Below, piece after piece: positions 36,925-46,022 of a stretch of DNA of 64,000 bases; within the stretch, counting starts at the first letter, position 1, and each line of letters begins with the position of its first letter. Both the position numbers and the translations under genes were made by a program. The stretch is from an uncultured Oscillospiraceae bacterium. GTDB lineage: Bacteria > Bacillota > Clostridia > Christensenellales > Aristaeellaceae. Where the stretch lies: positions 72,134-136,133 of the forward strand of contig CAZCCZ010000002.1 of NCBI GenBank assembly GCA_964497495.1, in the 5' to 3' direction. Under the pieces are notes generated by a model, which had not been told where the DNA came from, made no database searches, and was given only the letters and a program-made list of their open reading frames with translations.

Positions 36925-37980
36925 ATGGCAAAAAGGAAACAAAAACGTGTTGAAATTGATGGTATTACTCGTTGGGTATCTGGAAAAAACGAGAAGGATG
37001 TTTTTGAAAACCTTGTTCAGTTGGTGAGAAACACAGATTCTGGAACAACGAACACAAAGCAAGGTAAGCCGGAAGCATCGTTTCAAGAGTATACCAATAA
37101 CTGGTATGAGCTTTATAAGGTTAAGAAGATAAAGCATCGTGAACGACAGAACCATCAAACACTATTCAATAAACACCTTTTCCCATTCTTCGGGAATATG
37201 AAACTGTCTGAGATTGCTACAGACGATATCCAAAGGTTTTTTATTCAAAAGGATGATGAAGGGTATGCCGCCTCGACGATTCACAAGATGGATGTGCTTA
37301 TCAAACAGATATTCCGTTCTGCTCTTGAAGATGATGTTATCAGAAAAAATCCTGCTGATAGTGACCGTCTGAATTACAACGACAAAGAAGTCAAACGGAA
37401 AGCCTTGACTATGGGTGAAATGATAACGCTGTATCATTCGTTGTCCAGTCTTGTAAAACCGCAAGATCGTTTGTTAATAGCTATCCCTGCCTTTTCTGGA
37501 ACGAGAAGAGGAGAAACGCTTGCTCTCTGTTGGGAAGATATTGATTGGAAAGATCGAATCCTCCATGTTCATCAGGCGATTTCCTTTGAAAATGGCAAGC
37601 CACGTGTTGGCAAACCAAAAACCGACGCAGGTACACGTGATATTCCCTTGGATAATCGCCTTGCTTCAATGCTAGAACCACTCAAAAAAGAAACAGGGTT
37701 CATTATTGGGGATGGTTTTAAGCCTATTACAGAATGCACATATAGGTGCAGCTGGAAACGGATTAGTAAGGCGATTGAACTAAAGGGCACTACCGCACAC
37801 ACCTTACGGCACACATTTATAACCTTTGCGGAGTCATCAGGAGTTGATGTGAAAACGCTTCAATCTATCGCTGGACATGCTGATGTTGAAACAACCTTGA
37901 ATAGATATACGCATCAGCGAAAGGATATTCTCAAAGACGCAGGTCAGGTGATTGATAAAGTCTTTTCCCAGATCAATTGA
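36925..37980 (+). CDS. int: tyrosine site-specific integrase
   Basis: ATG 36925 follows SD GAAGGAGA. Catalytic blocks GTRRGE, HTLRHTF and GHADVETTLNRYTH. The N-rich 78-codon upstream extension of the ORF is discarded. Confidence 0.92.
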   Translation: MAKRKQKRVEIDGITRWVSGKNEKDVFENLVQLVRNTDSGTTNTKQGKPEASFQEYTNNWYELYKVKKIKHRERQNHQTLFNKHLFPFFGNMKLSEIATDDIQRFFIQKDDEGYAASTIHKMDVLIKQIFRSALEDDVIRKNPADSDRLNYNDKEVKRKALTMGEMITLYHSLSSLVKPQDRLLIAIPAFSGTRRGETLALCWEDIDWKDRILHVHQAISFENGKPRVGKPKTDAGTRDIPLDNRLASMLEPLKKETGFIIGDGFKPITECTYRCSWKRISKAIELKGTTAHTLRHTFITFAESSGVDVKTLQSIAGHADVETTLNRYTHQRKDILKDAGQVIDKVFSQIN

Positions 37981-38122
37981 AATGTGTCAGGGGATGTGTC
38001 AAGCACAAGTGCTTTCTAACCTAGAAAAATAAAGCGTTTGAGAGCGATACAATCCCTAAAAATGTGGCAAGGTTGGTGGCAATAGGATAAAAACGAGAGA
38101 AAACGCCCCTTTACCCTCCGCC

Positions 38123-38151
38123 TTGACATACTGGAACGGTTATCATACAAT
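38123..38151 (+). promoter_or_regulatory. element-borne tRNA promoter TTGACA-17-TACAAT
   Basis: TTGACA tactggaacggttatca TACAAT, 16 nt before the intact tRNA. Lies in AT-rich element DNA. Confidence 0.7.
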
Positions 38152-38162
38152 GATTTCCGTTC

Positions 38163-38209
38163 CCCTTGCGCTTATAGCTCAGCAGGATAGAGCGTCCGCC
38201 TCCTAAGCG
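38163..38209 (+). repeat. right direct repeat (attR-like), 47 nt
   Basis: Matches 32870-32916 with one mismatch. Confidence 0.9.
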
Positions 38210-38244
38210 GAAGGCCTCGCGTTCGAATCGCGATAGGCGCGCCA
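38168..38244 (+). tRNA. tRNA-Arg (anticodon CCT), CCA encoded
   Basis: Hand-folded cloverleaf: GCGCTTA / GCTC-AGCAGGATA-GAGC / TCCGC-CTCCTAA-GCGGA / AGGCC / TCGCG-TTCGAAT-CGCGA / TAGGCGC-G-CCA. One U:G wobble in the acceptor stem. Confidence 0.9.
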
Positions 38245-38247
38245 GCG

Positions 38248-38282
38248 AAAAGCCCGCAGATTGAAAGACTTGCGGGCTTTTT
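38248..38282 (+). terminator. intrinsic terminator after tRNA-Arg
   Basis: AAAAGCCCGCA-12 nt-TGCGGGCTTTTT. Confidence 0.75.
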
Positions 38283-38656
38283 ATTCGCTCAACCTGTTTA
38301 TCCGTTCCGATACCTTTCTTCATTACTATATCGATTATATCGGATCGAAACGCGGGCTAATAACCGCGGCTTTAACCCGGATAACCCGCTTTACTAAACC
38401 TGAGCAATGGGTAAATTCTTTGCTTGCGCGTTTCTGGAGCTACAGGAGGCGAGCGCCTGCTCACGGATGAACGCGGAAGATTATCCGGCGCTACCCTCGC
38501 AATTCGTGCCGGTAATTCGCGGCGGGGCGGAGGCAAGGGAACCTCCGGCTGTTTCTGCCGGAACCGGCGCTTTACGAAGACGACGGGTATTCCGGTTATT
38601 CCGCCCCGCAGCCCTGCGGGAAACCAGACCGGACGCAACCGGCCCCGGAGTGCGAA

Positions 38657-38682
38657 AAAGCCCCGCCTTACGGCGGGGCTTT
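38657..38682 (-). terminator. intrinsic terminator of the FAD-oxidoreductase operon
   Basis: Minus strand: AAAGCCCCGCC-gtaa-GGCGGGGCTTTTT. Confidence 0.7.
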
Positions 38683-38719
38683 TCACGCGTGGATTGGCCG
38701 AAACCTCTCCGGGCCGTTT

Positions 38720-40114
38720 TTAGCGGCTGGAAACGACCTGCGGCTCGTCCTCGAACCAGACGTGATCGTCGATGAGCCGGGCGCGCAGGGAAGCGTAGGG
38801 CAGGTCGCGGATATCGGCGTAACGGCCCGCCGCGACCATCGCCGCCGCCGTGCCCGCGGCCTGGCCCTGCGCCATGCAGGACACCGTGTTGCGGGTGGAC
38901 ATGTGGGCGTGGTGGTTGGACGTGACCATCATCCCGACGGCAAACAGGTTCGAAAGCCCCTTCACCTGTATGGCGCGCAGCGGGAAGCCGTACGTACCGC
39001 CGTTGCGGATCTGCTGCGCGGGCGCCTCGTCGTGGAAGCCGTAGGCGAAGATATCGTCCGCGAAGTGCGTTCCGGCGATGATCTCGTCGTTGCTCAGGTC
39101 GTAGTCGCACTCCACGCAGCGCGCCCGCCGGATGGTAACGGTGGGGCTGGTGCGGGTGATGAAGGCGTGCTCGCTGTGGGGGACCACCTGCTTGAGCAGC
39201 GCGAGGGCCTCGCGCTGGCGGCGGCGCAGCTCGTATTCCGCCTGCGCGAGCGCGTCGCGGTCGGCGGGGCAGCCGTTCATCATAAAGTTGAGCTTGATGA
39301 ACATGAAATAGTTGTCGTGCAGGGTCGTGGTGACCGTGTGCATGCCCAGTTCCTTCGCCTTCTGGCCGAAAGCGGGGTCAAGCCGATCCCAGTTGCCGTC
39401 CACGCGGATGATCTGGTTGGGCTTGCCGTCCCTCACGCCGCGCGCGTATTCTTTGAGCGCGCCGTGCTCCTTCAGGTACCGGTAATACTCGTCGATGTCG
39501 ATCCCGGCGATACCCATGCTGTTGGCTACCGGATAATCCGTCATTTCCGTCAGCGGGGCCCCGGCGCGCGCGCACACGTCCCCGTAGCCGGTGGCGTCGA
39601 CGAAGACTTTCGCCGTCAGGGCCTGGCAACCCCCGTGGGATTCCGTGACGATTGTTTTCACGGCGCCGTTCTGCTGCTCCGCGTCGACGACCAGGGTGTT
39701 CAGCAGCACGTCCACGCCCGCTTCGCGCAGCATTTCCAGCGCGAGCAGCTTGTAAATCTCCACGTCCACGCACAGCGTGTCGGAATCGTAGCCGAAGTTC
39801 ATCAGCGTTTCGTTGTGCCCGGACGCGCCGCCCGCCATTTCCAGACGGTTGATGAACTCCTCCGGCAGGCCGCGGACAACCTTTTTCTTCTTAACACCCG
39901 GAAAAGCCTTGTACAGGTTGAAGAAGCTGTGCAGCCCGCAGCCGCCCTCGGTCGCGATGCCGCCCGCGTACCCTTTCTGTTCCACTACCGCGGTCTTCGC
40001 GCCCAGCCTCGCGGCGGAGATCGCCGCGAAAACGCCGGCGGTTCCGCCACCGCATACGACGACGTCGTAGCTGCGGGCGGAAACCCGTTTCTCCGGCCTT
40101 ACGTAATATTCCAA
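38720..40114 (-). CDS. FAD-dependent oxidoreductase (FAD_oxidored-type), paralogue 2
   Basis: YDVVVCGGGTAGV dinucleotide fold, GLHSFFNLYKAFPG, and C-terminal HMSTRNTVSCMAQGQAAGTAAA. Confidence 0.8.
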   Translation of the reverse strand: MEYYVRPEKRVSARSYDVVVCGGGTAGVFAAISAARLGAKTAVVEQKGYAGGIATEGGCGLHSFFNLYKAFPGVKKKKVVRGLPEEFINRLEMAGGASGHNETLMNFGYDSDTLCVDVEIYKLLALEMLREAGVDVLLNTLVVDAEQQNGAVKTIVTESHGGCQALTAKVFVDATGYGDVCARAGAPLTEMTDYPVANSMGIAGIDIDEYYRYLKEHGALKEYARGVRDGKPNQIIRVDGNWDRLDPAFGQKAKELGMHTVTTTLHDNYFMFIKLNFMMNGCPADRDALAQAEYELRRRQREALALLKQVVPHSEHAFITRTSPTVTIRRARCVECDYDLSNDEIIAGTHFADDIFAYGFHDEAPAQQIRNGGTYGFPLRAIQVKGLSNLFAVGMMVTSNHHAHMSTRNTVSCMAQGQAAGTAAAMVAAGRYADIRDLPYASLRARLIDDHVWFEDEPQVVSSR

Positions 40115-40130
40115 ACTCTCATACCTCCGC

Positions 40131-41507
40131 TTACTCGCCCAAGTAGACGCCGTTCGCTTTCAGCGTTGCGCGAAGCGCCGCCACGTCCAGAGCCCGCGGC
40201 GCGCATCCGTTGCGCGCGCTCAGCGCCGCCGCCGTGCCCACCGCCTCGCCCTGCGCCATGCAGGACACGGTGTTACGGGTGGACATATGCGCGTCCCACG
40301 TGCCCGTGATCAGCCGGCCCGCGACCAGCAGGCCTTCCACGCGCTTGGGCAGCAGGGCGCGGTAGGGGATGCCGTAGCACTTGGCGTCCTTAATCATAAT
40401 GCGCGGTGCGCAATCGTGGAAACCGTACAGCATCACTTCGTCGTCGAACCGCGCGCCGTTGGTGATCTCCTCCAGGGACAGGTCGTACTCGCATTCGATT
40501 ACGCGCGTATACCGTACGCCCAACCCGTTGGGAGTCCAGTTGACGTACGCGTGCTCGAACCCCGGAATGTACTTCACCAGCATCCGGGACAAATCCATCA
40601 CCTGATGCCGAAGCGTGACGACCGCCCTGCTGGCCGCCTCGTTGTCGGTCACGTCCACGTTGCGCATATTGGCAATGTTGATATAGTTGAAGTTGTTGGC
40701 GTGGAAGGAGAAGCCCAGCGGCCCCCACATGGTGTTTTTCTGCATGAACTCGGTGAAGCGCGGGTCTTTCTTCAGCTCGAAGCCCAGACGGATCACGTCG
40801 TCGTCGCCGTCTTTCGGCCCGCGGATGATCTGGGTGATCATATCCTTTTCTTCCAGATAGGCCACCAGCCGCTTCATATCCACGTTCATCATGCCGAACG
40901 GGAAGCCCACGGAGGTCGTTTCGTGCTTCTTCACGAAGCCCGCGCCCGCGAGGGCGGCCACGTCGCCGTCCCCCGTCGTATCCACGACCACTTTGGCGCG
41001 TATCGCTTCACGGCCCGACTTGCTTTCAATCACGACGCCTTCCACCGTGCCGCCGTCGCATATCGCCCCGGCGACCATGGCGTTCAGCAGGATCGTGACG
41101 CCGGCTTCTTCCAGCATGCGCAGAACTTCGTCTTTGAACGCTTCCCAGTCTACGAGGGTAATGACCGAGTCGTAATTGCCGCCCTTTTCCTGTTCCAGAT
41201 GCCCGTACGAGCCGCCGCGGGCCACCAGCCGCGCGATGACCTCCTGCGGGATGCCGCGCACCAGCTGCCGCTTCTCGGCGCCCGGGAACGCCTTGTACAG
41301 ATTGAAAAAGCTGTGCAGGGGGCCCGCTCCGCCGACGATCGTCCCGCCCACGTAGCTGTTGCGGTCGATCAGGATCGTCCGCGCGCCGTTCCGGGCGGCG
41401 GCCAGCGCCGCTACGAACCCGGCGGTGCCTCCGCCGCAAACCGCGACGTCGCATTCGTAACGGACGGGCGTGCTGAGCGTCTCCCGGTAAATCTTGTCAT
41501 TTTCCAT
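40131..41507 (-). CDS. FAD-dependent oxidoreductase (FAD_oxidored-type), paralogue 1
   Basis: CDVAVCGGGTAGF, GPLHSFFNLYKAFPG and HMSTRNTVSCMAQGEAVGTAAA. Shares these blocks with the neighbouring gene. Confidence 0.8.
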   Translation of the reverse strand: MENDKIYRETLSTPVRYECDVAVCGGGTAGFVAALAAARNGARTILIDRNSYVGGTIVGGAGPLHSFFNLYKAFPGAEKRQLVRGIPQEVIARLVARGGSYGHLEQEKGGNYDSVITLVDWEAFKDEVLRMLEEAGVTILLNAMVAGAICDGGTVEGVVIESKSGREAIRAKVVVDTTGDGDVAALAGAGFVKKHETTSVGFPFGMMNVDMKRLVAYLEEKDMITQIIRGPKDGDDDVIRLGFELKKDPRFTEFMQKNTMWGPLGFSFHANNFNYINIANMRNVDVTDNEAASRAVVTLRHQVMDLSRMLVKYIPGFEHAYVNWTPNGLGVRYTRVIECEYDLSLEEITNGARFDDEVMLYGFHDCAPRIMIKDAKCYGIPYRALLPKRVEGLLVAGRLITGTWDAHMSTRNTVSCMAQGEAVGTAAALSARNGCAPRALDVAALRATLKANGVYLGE

Positions 41508-41529
41508 GGATATCGGCTCCTTCCAATTC

Positions 41530-44085
41530 TTAAGCCTCCGTCCGGATAACCGCGTACGGATAGGGCTGCCGCGGATGGTAAACGCCGGGATACATCGCGC
41601 AGTCGCCGCCCGGGAGCTGGACCGTCACGTACGCCATGATGTCCCACGCGGGGTCCACCGCTTCGGCCGGGATTTCGGCGGCGTAAACGCCGTCCCCCGT
41701 GCGCGTCATCGTCACGGTATTGAAATTGCCGCGGAGCTGGTTCACGTCGCGGTAATGCAGCACGGGTTCCGTTGGGAAATCCAGCATGCCGATCCCGTAT
41801 GCCCGAACGGTCGCCGGGCATCCGCTCTTTGCGGTTTCGGGAATATCCGCCGTGAACGGATAGGCGCCCGCGCAGGCTGCTTCTTCGGCGGACGGCGCGG
41901 CGGACTGCTCTCCCAGCAGCTTTTTTACGCTCTGACGGTCGCGTTCCAGTTCCACGGTCAGGTCGCGCCACGTGCCGCGGCGCGTGATGGAACCGGCCGA
42001 ACTGAAATCCAGATCGTGATAATACGTCTGAACGCCGAGTGCCGAAAGCGTCTCCCACGTTCCTACGGCGCGATCCAGCCACTTGTCGCAGGACGATAAC
42101 CAGGACGGAACGCCGGTCTCCCGCCAGCAGGCCAGCGCGTAGGCCGCGCGAATCTTTTGGGCGTGGTAGAGGCTCAGGTAAGCCGTCATCCGCATATCCA
42201 GGCACGCGGCCCGCAGTTCCGGCGAAGCGGAGCTTTTTTCCAGCCGTTCCACGTCGGCCAGCACGGCTTCGGACAGGTCTTGCAGCCACTGCGAATACTG
42301 TTTGGGGGTATACTTGCCCTGCACGGCCCCCGTTGAGTACACGTCGTGGGCGAACTCGTCGATGCCGTAGAACAGGCCGTGGTCGCTGGGCTCGGTCGAC
42401 CCGTAGGTAATGGCGTCGTAAAAATCGAAAGAGGCGATCTGGTTGATGTTGTTCTCGGCGAACAGCGCCCAACCCGTGTTCAGCTCCGTCCAGTACCGAA
42501 GAGACGGATGTACCGGCATGTGAACGGTGGTGATCAGCGGAATAATGCGGCTGGAAAGGGAAAGCGCATGTTCCGCCAGCGCGCCCGTTTCCTTGCCGAA
42601 GCGCCGGGTAAACTCGGAGGTCCAGATTTCGCTGTCCGCGTGGACGTTGTACCCGACCCGGCCGTACAGGGTGTACCACAGCCAGAACCTTTCGTCCTCC
42701 CAGCGATCCTGTTGCAGTTCGGGATCGTTGAAAATCTTCCAGGGCTCCCGGTGGGAAAGCTCGTGCCCGTATTTCAGCGACAGAGGCGCGTTCACCTGAA
42801 AGCCCGTAGCGCCGGAAAGGGAGCAGCTCTGGGAGAAACGGCGCGCGTACTCGGCGTCGCCCCAGAGAAAAAGGTTCGTGGAGCCGTAATTCCACAGCCG
42901 GAAAATAACGTCGTACTTCTTCGGCTTGCGCAGCATATCCGCATACGAATACCGGCGGGAATGGTTATAGTTGTCCAACTGCTCTTGTTCTTCCGTGCGC
43001 ATGACCGACAGGTGATAGGGGAGCGCCGCGTGCTCGCACCAGTACTTGGTGGGTACCTCCACGTCCAGCCCGAGCCCCTGCGCGTGATCCACGATGGACT
43101 CGGTCAGCCCCTTGGCACGAAGATCCAGCGTAAAGCGCTTGCCCAACTGTTTCCCGGCTTCCGCCACCGCGTCGGCGTTGTGGTTCCAGAAATCTTCCGC
43201 CGAAACCTGCGAGCCCACGCCGGACTCGTGGTTGACGCGGAACTGCACGATGTCGATGCCCGGAACGGCCTTAAGCAGCTCGACCATCCCCCGGTAGCAA
43301 TACTCGCTCAGTTCCGTTTCCGCTTGCGGAAGATTCTCCACCAGCGATTCCTGCTCCGTCGTCCAGGGCCGCTGCTGCCACGTGGCGAAGACGAATTTCA
43401 TGCCGTACTGGTGGCAAAGCGCCACGATGGTCTGCAGCATCGCCAGGTTGTCCCGCTGCGAGGTGTGTACGTTGGCCGTGAGGCCGACTTTTTCAAACCC
43501 GGGCACCGGCAGGATGAACGGATACGGCGGGGACATGTAGGCGGTGTCGAAACCCACGATAAGGCAGAAGCGGTTGAAGCGCGCCGCGGCCAGACGCTTG
43601 AAATAGTAGTGCCAGAAATCCTGCGACAGGAACCATTCGTTGTCCAGATGCCCCAGAAGATAGCGATCCATGCAGCGAACGGCGTTGTCCGGCTTTTCCG
43701 TCATATCGGCCGCCTGCTCGACGGCGTCGACGCCGTAAAGCCGGATCTTGCGGGCCATGTCCAGCAGGAGATAGAGCAGGCCGTTCTCGTCGGAACCCGT
43801 CAGAAGCAGGGCCCGGCAGGCGTGTGCGTCGACGTTGAAGCAGCCCAGCGCCTCGGGCGCGTTCGGCACAGCCCTGCCGTTGCTTTCCAGAAGCATCTTG
43901 ACCGTGTACTCGCCGGCAAGCCCGACGACCACCAGCCGTTCGTCCGGCCGAAGCCCGTTCGGCACGCACGGAACGGGCCGGAACGCGATCTCTTTTTCCT
44001 TCAAAGCCTGAAGCAGTTCCGTCGTTCCCGTCTGGATCACCTTGGTGGGGTCGGCCGGAAGCAAAATAAGTAACGTCACGATCAT
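41530..44085 (-). CDS. large conserved-looking protein of unknown function (possibly glycoside-hydrolase-like)
   Basis: ~850-aa uninterrupted ORF co-directional with the transporter and oxidoreductases, with non-GC-artefact composition (W/Y/F-rich). No motif I can name with confidence. Start is ATG 44085 or TTG 44106. Confidence 0.6.
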   Translation of the reverse strand: MIVTLLILLPADPTKVIQTGTTELLQALKEKEIAFRPVPCVPNGLRPDERLVVVGLAGEYTVKMLLESNGRAVPNAPEALGCFNVDAHACRALLLTGSDENGLLYLLLDMARKIRLYGVDAVEQAADMTEKPDNAVRCMDRYLLGHLDNEWFLSQDFWHYYFKRLAAARFNRFCLIVGFDTAYMSPPYPFILPVPGFEKVGLTANVHTSQRDNLAMLQTIVALCHQYGMKFVFATWQQRPWTTEQESLVENLPQAETELSEYCYRGMVELLKAVPGIDIVQFRVNHESGVGSQVSAEDFWNHNADAVAEAGKQLGKRFTLDLRAKGLTESIVDHAQGLGLDVEVPTKYWCEHAALPYHLSVMRTEEQEQLDNYNHSRRYSYADMLRKPKKYDVIFRLWNYGSTNLFLWGDAEYARRFSQSCSLSGATGFQVNAPLSLKYGHELSHREPWKIFNDPELQQDRWEDERFWLWYTLYGRVGYNVHADSEIWTSEFTRRFGKETGALAEHALSLSSRIIPLITTVHMPVHPSLRYWTELNTGWALFAENNINQIASFDFYDAITYGSTEPSDHGLFYGIDEFAHDVYSTGAVQGKYTPKQYSQWLQDLSEAVLADVERLEKSSASPELRAACLDMRMTAYLSLYHAQKIRAAYALACWRETGVPSWLSSCDKWLDRAVGTWETLSALGVQTYYHDLDFSSAGSITRRGTWRDLTVELERDRQSVKKLLGEQSAAPSAEEAACAGAYPFTADIPETAKSGCPATVRAYGIGMLDFPTEPVLHYRDVNQLRGNFNTVTMTRTGDGVYAAEIPAEAVDPAWDIMAYVTVQLPGGDCAMYPGVYHPRQPYPYAVIRTEA

Positions 44086-44137
44086 TATGGAATCCCGCCT
44101 TCTCAAATATATTGCGTTTGCAAGCCGTATGGAAGAA

Positions 44138-44977
44138 TCAGTCTTTCAGGCCGCTGCTGGCGATGCCGGCCACGAACTGCTTTTGAAAGATCATGAACAC
44201 GGTGAAAATGGGGATCAGGGAGCAGACCGAAGCCGCCAGAATCGCGCCGTAGCTGGCGGAGTTGTCGTCCTTGAAGAAGTTCAAGCCGAGCGGGATCGTC
44301 GCCAGCGCCTTGCTGCGGATGTAGACCAGCGGCGCGGAGTACTCGTTCCACGAGGACACGAACATGAAGATGACCAGCGCGCTGACCGCAGAGGTGGAAA
44401 GCGGCAGGATGATCCTCACGAACGTCGAGAAATGGCCTGAACCGTCGATTTTCGCGGCTTCGCTGAACTCGTCGGGGATGGACATGAAGAACTGCCGGAG
44501 CATGAAGGTGCCGAAGGCCGTGAACATGGCGGGCAGGATCAGCGCGGCGTGCGTATTGTACAGGCCGATGGTCTTGAAGAGCACGAAACGGGGAATCAGC
44601 ATCATCTGCGTGGGGAAGGCGAGCGTGGAAAGATAGATGAGGAAGATCACCTCGCGGCCCTTGAACTTGATCTTGGCGAACGCGTAGGCGGCCAGCGCGC
44701 TGGTCACCACGTCGCCCAGCAGGCTAAGGCCCGTAACCTTTACGGAGTTCAGGAAGAACGTCAGGAACGGAACGTCCGAATTCCACACCCGGTTGTAGTT
44801 GGCCCACGTGATTTTGGAAGGGATCCATTCGATCGGGAAGTTGAAAATCTGGTTGTCCGGCTTAAAGGAGGACGACAGCATCCAGACGAACGGCAGGACC
44901 ATGATGACGGACAGCGCGCCCAGTATGACGGTCCAGATCGTTTTGGTAATGATACGTTTGCTTTTCAGCGTCATCAT
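44138..44977 (-). CDS. CUT1 sugar ABC transporter permease (MalG-like)
   Basis: EAA loop SEAAKIDGSGHFSTFVRIILP. Confidence 0.88.
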   Translation of the reverse strand: MMTLKSKRIITKTIWTVILGALSVIMVLPFVWMLSSSFKPDNQIFNFPIEWIPSKITWANYNRVWNSDVPFLTFFLNSVKVTGLSLLGDVVTSALAAYAFAKIKFKGREVIFLIYLSTLAFPTQMMLIPRFVLFKTIGLYNTHAALILPAMFTAFGTFMLRQFFMSIPDEFSEAAKIDGSGHFSTFVRIILPLSTSAVSALVIFMFVSSWNEYSAPLVYIRSKALATIPLGLNFFKDDNSASYGAILAASVCSLIPIFTVFMIFQKQFVAGIASSGLKD

Positions 44978-44981
44978 GGGT

Positions 44982-45917
44982 CTACGCCTCCTTCATCTTT
45001 TTCATGTTGTTCTGGATCATTTTCCCGATGGAGAAAATGAACACCAGCAGGAACAGCACCCAGGACATCGCCGTGGCGTAGCCGATATCGTTGTTCAGGA
45101 ACGCCGTTTTATAAATATAGTAGACCAGAACGGACGACGAGTCGCCGGGGCCGCCCTTGGTCATGACCTGCACGGTTTCGAACACCTGGAAGGAATTGAT
45201 GAACGAGATGATGATCAGGAAGAACATCGTGTTGGACAGTGAGGGAATGGTGATTTTGAAAAACTGCTGGATCTTGTTGGCTCCGTCGATCTCCGCGGCT
45301 TCGTACAGGGCGTTCGGGATGCCCTGAAGCCCGGCCAGAACGATGATGATGTTGTAGCCGATGCGCTGCCAGATGCCGACGATGATGATGGAGAGCAGGG
45401 ACGTGCGCGTCGAGTTCAGCCATTTCGGAGGGTCCGCGACCCCGACGGAGGTCAGGAACTGGTTGATGGGCCCGAAAGAGGGAAGGAACAGGATCATCCA
45501 GACCATGGAAACGGCGACGATCGACGAGATATTCGGCAGATAAAAGGCCAGCCGCAGGACGCCCTTTCCGTATACGTGCTTGTTGAGCAGCACGCCCAGG
45601 ATCAGCGCCAGAAAAATGGCGACCGGCACGAGCACTAAACTGTAGATGACGGTGTTGATAAGGGACTGTACGAAGGTCGAATCGGCGGGAAGCCGCATAT
45701 AGTTGCTGAAACCCACGAATTTCAGGTTGGAAATGCTGGAGGCGAAGTTCCATTTTGAAAAGCTCAAACCGGCCGCCATCAGGATCGGCACCAGTTTGAA
45801 AAACACGTACCCGATAAAGTTCAGGCTGATAAACGCCCAGCCGGCAAGGTTCTCCCTTGTGGAAAGACGAATGCTTCGCTCGCGCCTGATGGCGGGTTTA
45901 TCTGCTGTTGTGAACAT
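44982..45917 (-). CDS. CUT1 sugar ABC transporter permease (MalF-like)
   Basis: EAA loop YEAAEIDGANKIQQFFKITIP. Confidence 0.88.
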   Translation of the reverse strand: MFTTADKPAIRRERSIRLSTRENLAGWAFISLNFIGYVFFKLVPILMAAGLSFSKWNFASSISNLKFVGFSNYMRLPADSTFVQSLINTVIYSLVLVPVAIFLALILGVLLNKHVYGKGVLRLAFYLPNISSIVAVSMVWMILFLPSFGPINQFLTSVGVADPPKWLNSTRTSLLSIIIVGIWQRIGYNIIIVLAGLQGIPNALYEAAEIDGANKIQQFFKITIPSLSNTMFFLIIISFINSFQVFETVQVMTKGGPGDSSSVLVYYIYKTAFLNNDIGYATAMSWVLFLLVFIFSIGKMIQNNMKKMKEA

Positions 45918-45964
45918 ATCTTCGATCCCCTTCCGATAGAATAACCCCCGCCAAACAGAGGAAG

Positions 45965-46004
45965 CCTGTACCTCCGGCGGTCCGGGATATACCGGAGGTA
46001 CAGG
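45965..46004 (-). other. 13-bp perfect stem-loop between the SBP and permease genes
   Basis: CCTGTACCTCCGG-14 nt-CCGGAGGTACAGG. Confidence 0.5.
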
Positions 46005-46022
46005 TGCCGGTTTTGCGCGCTG

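Larger units (their letters stand above)
32870..38209. mobile_element. ~5.3-kb integrative (IME-like) element in tRNA-Arg(CCT)
   Basis: Bracketed by the 47-nt direct repeats. Sharp GC drop (17/60 G+C at 33241-33300 versus 47/60 at 32701-32760). Encodes a tyrosine integrase, a serine recombinase, a Rep_trans-like protein and a SIR2-like cargo gene. Confidence 0.88.

Noticed and set aside
32870-38209. Interpretation of the island as a prophage or prophage remnant.
   Set aside because: There are no capsid, portal, terminase, tail, lysis or repressor genes. At 5.3 kb, with an integrase plus resolvase plus Rep-like gene, it fits an IME or genomic islet better.
38111-38323. 70-aa minus-strand ORF.
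   Set aside because: It runs straight through the tRNA-Arg gene and its terminator.
38285-38719. ~430-nt GC-rich gap after the tRNA containing several 99-209-aa ORFs (38372..38686, 38407..38775, 38424..38723, 38481..39110). Considered as a gene remnant or an ncRNA.
   Set aside because: The translations are Arg/Pro/Gly-rich junk. Apart from the terminator at 38657-38682, I found no promoter, SD or conserved structure to support a feature. Left unannotated.
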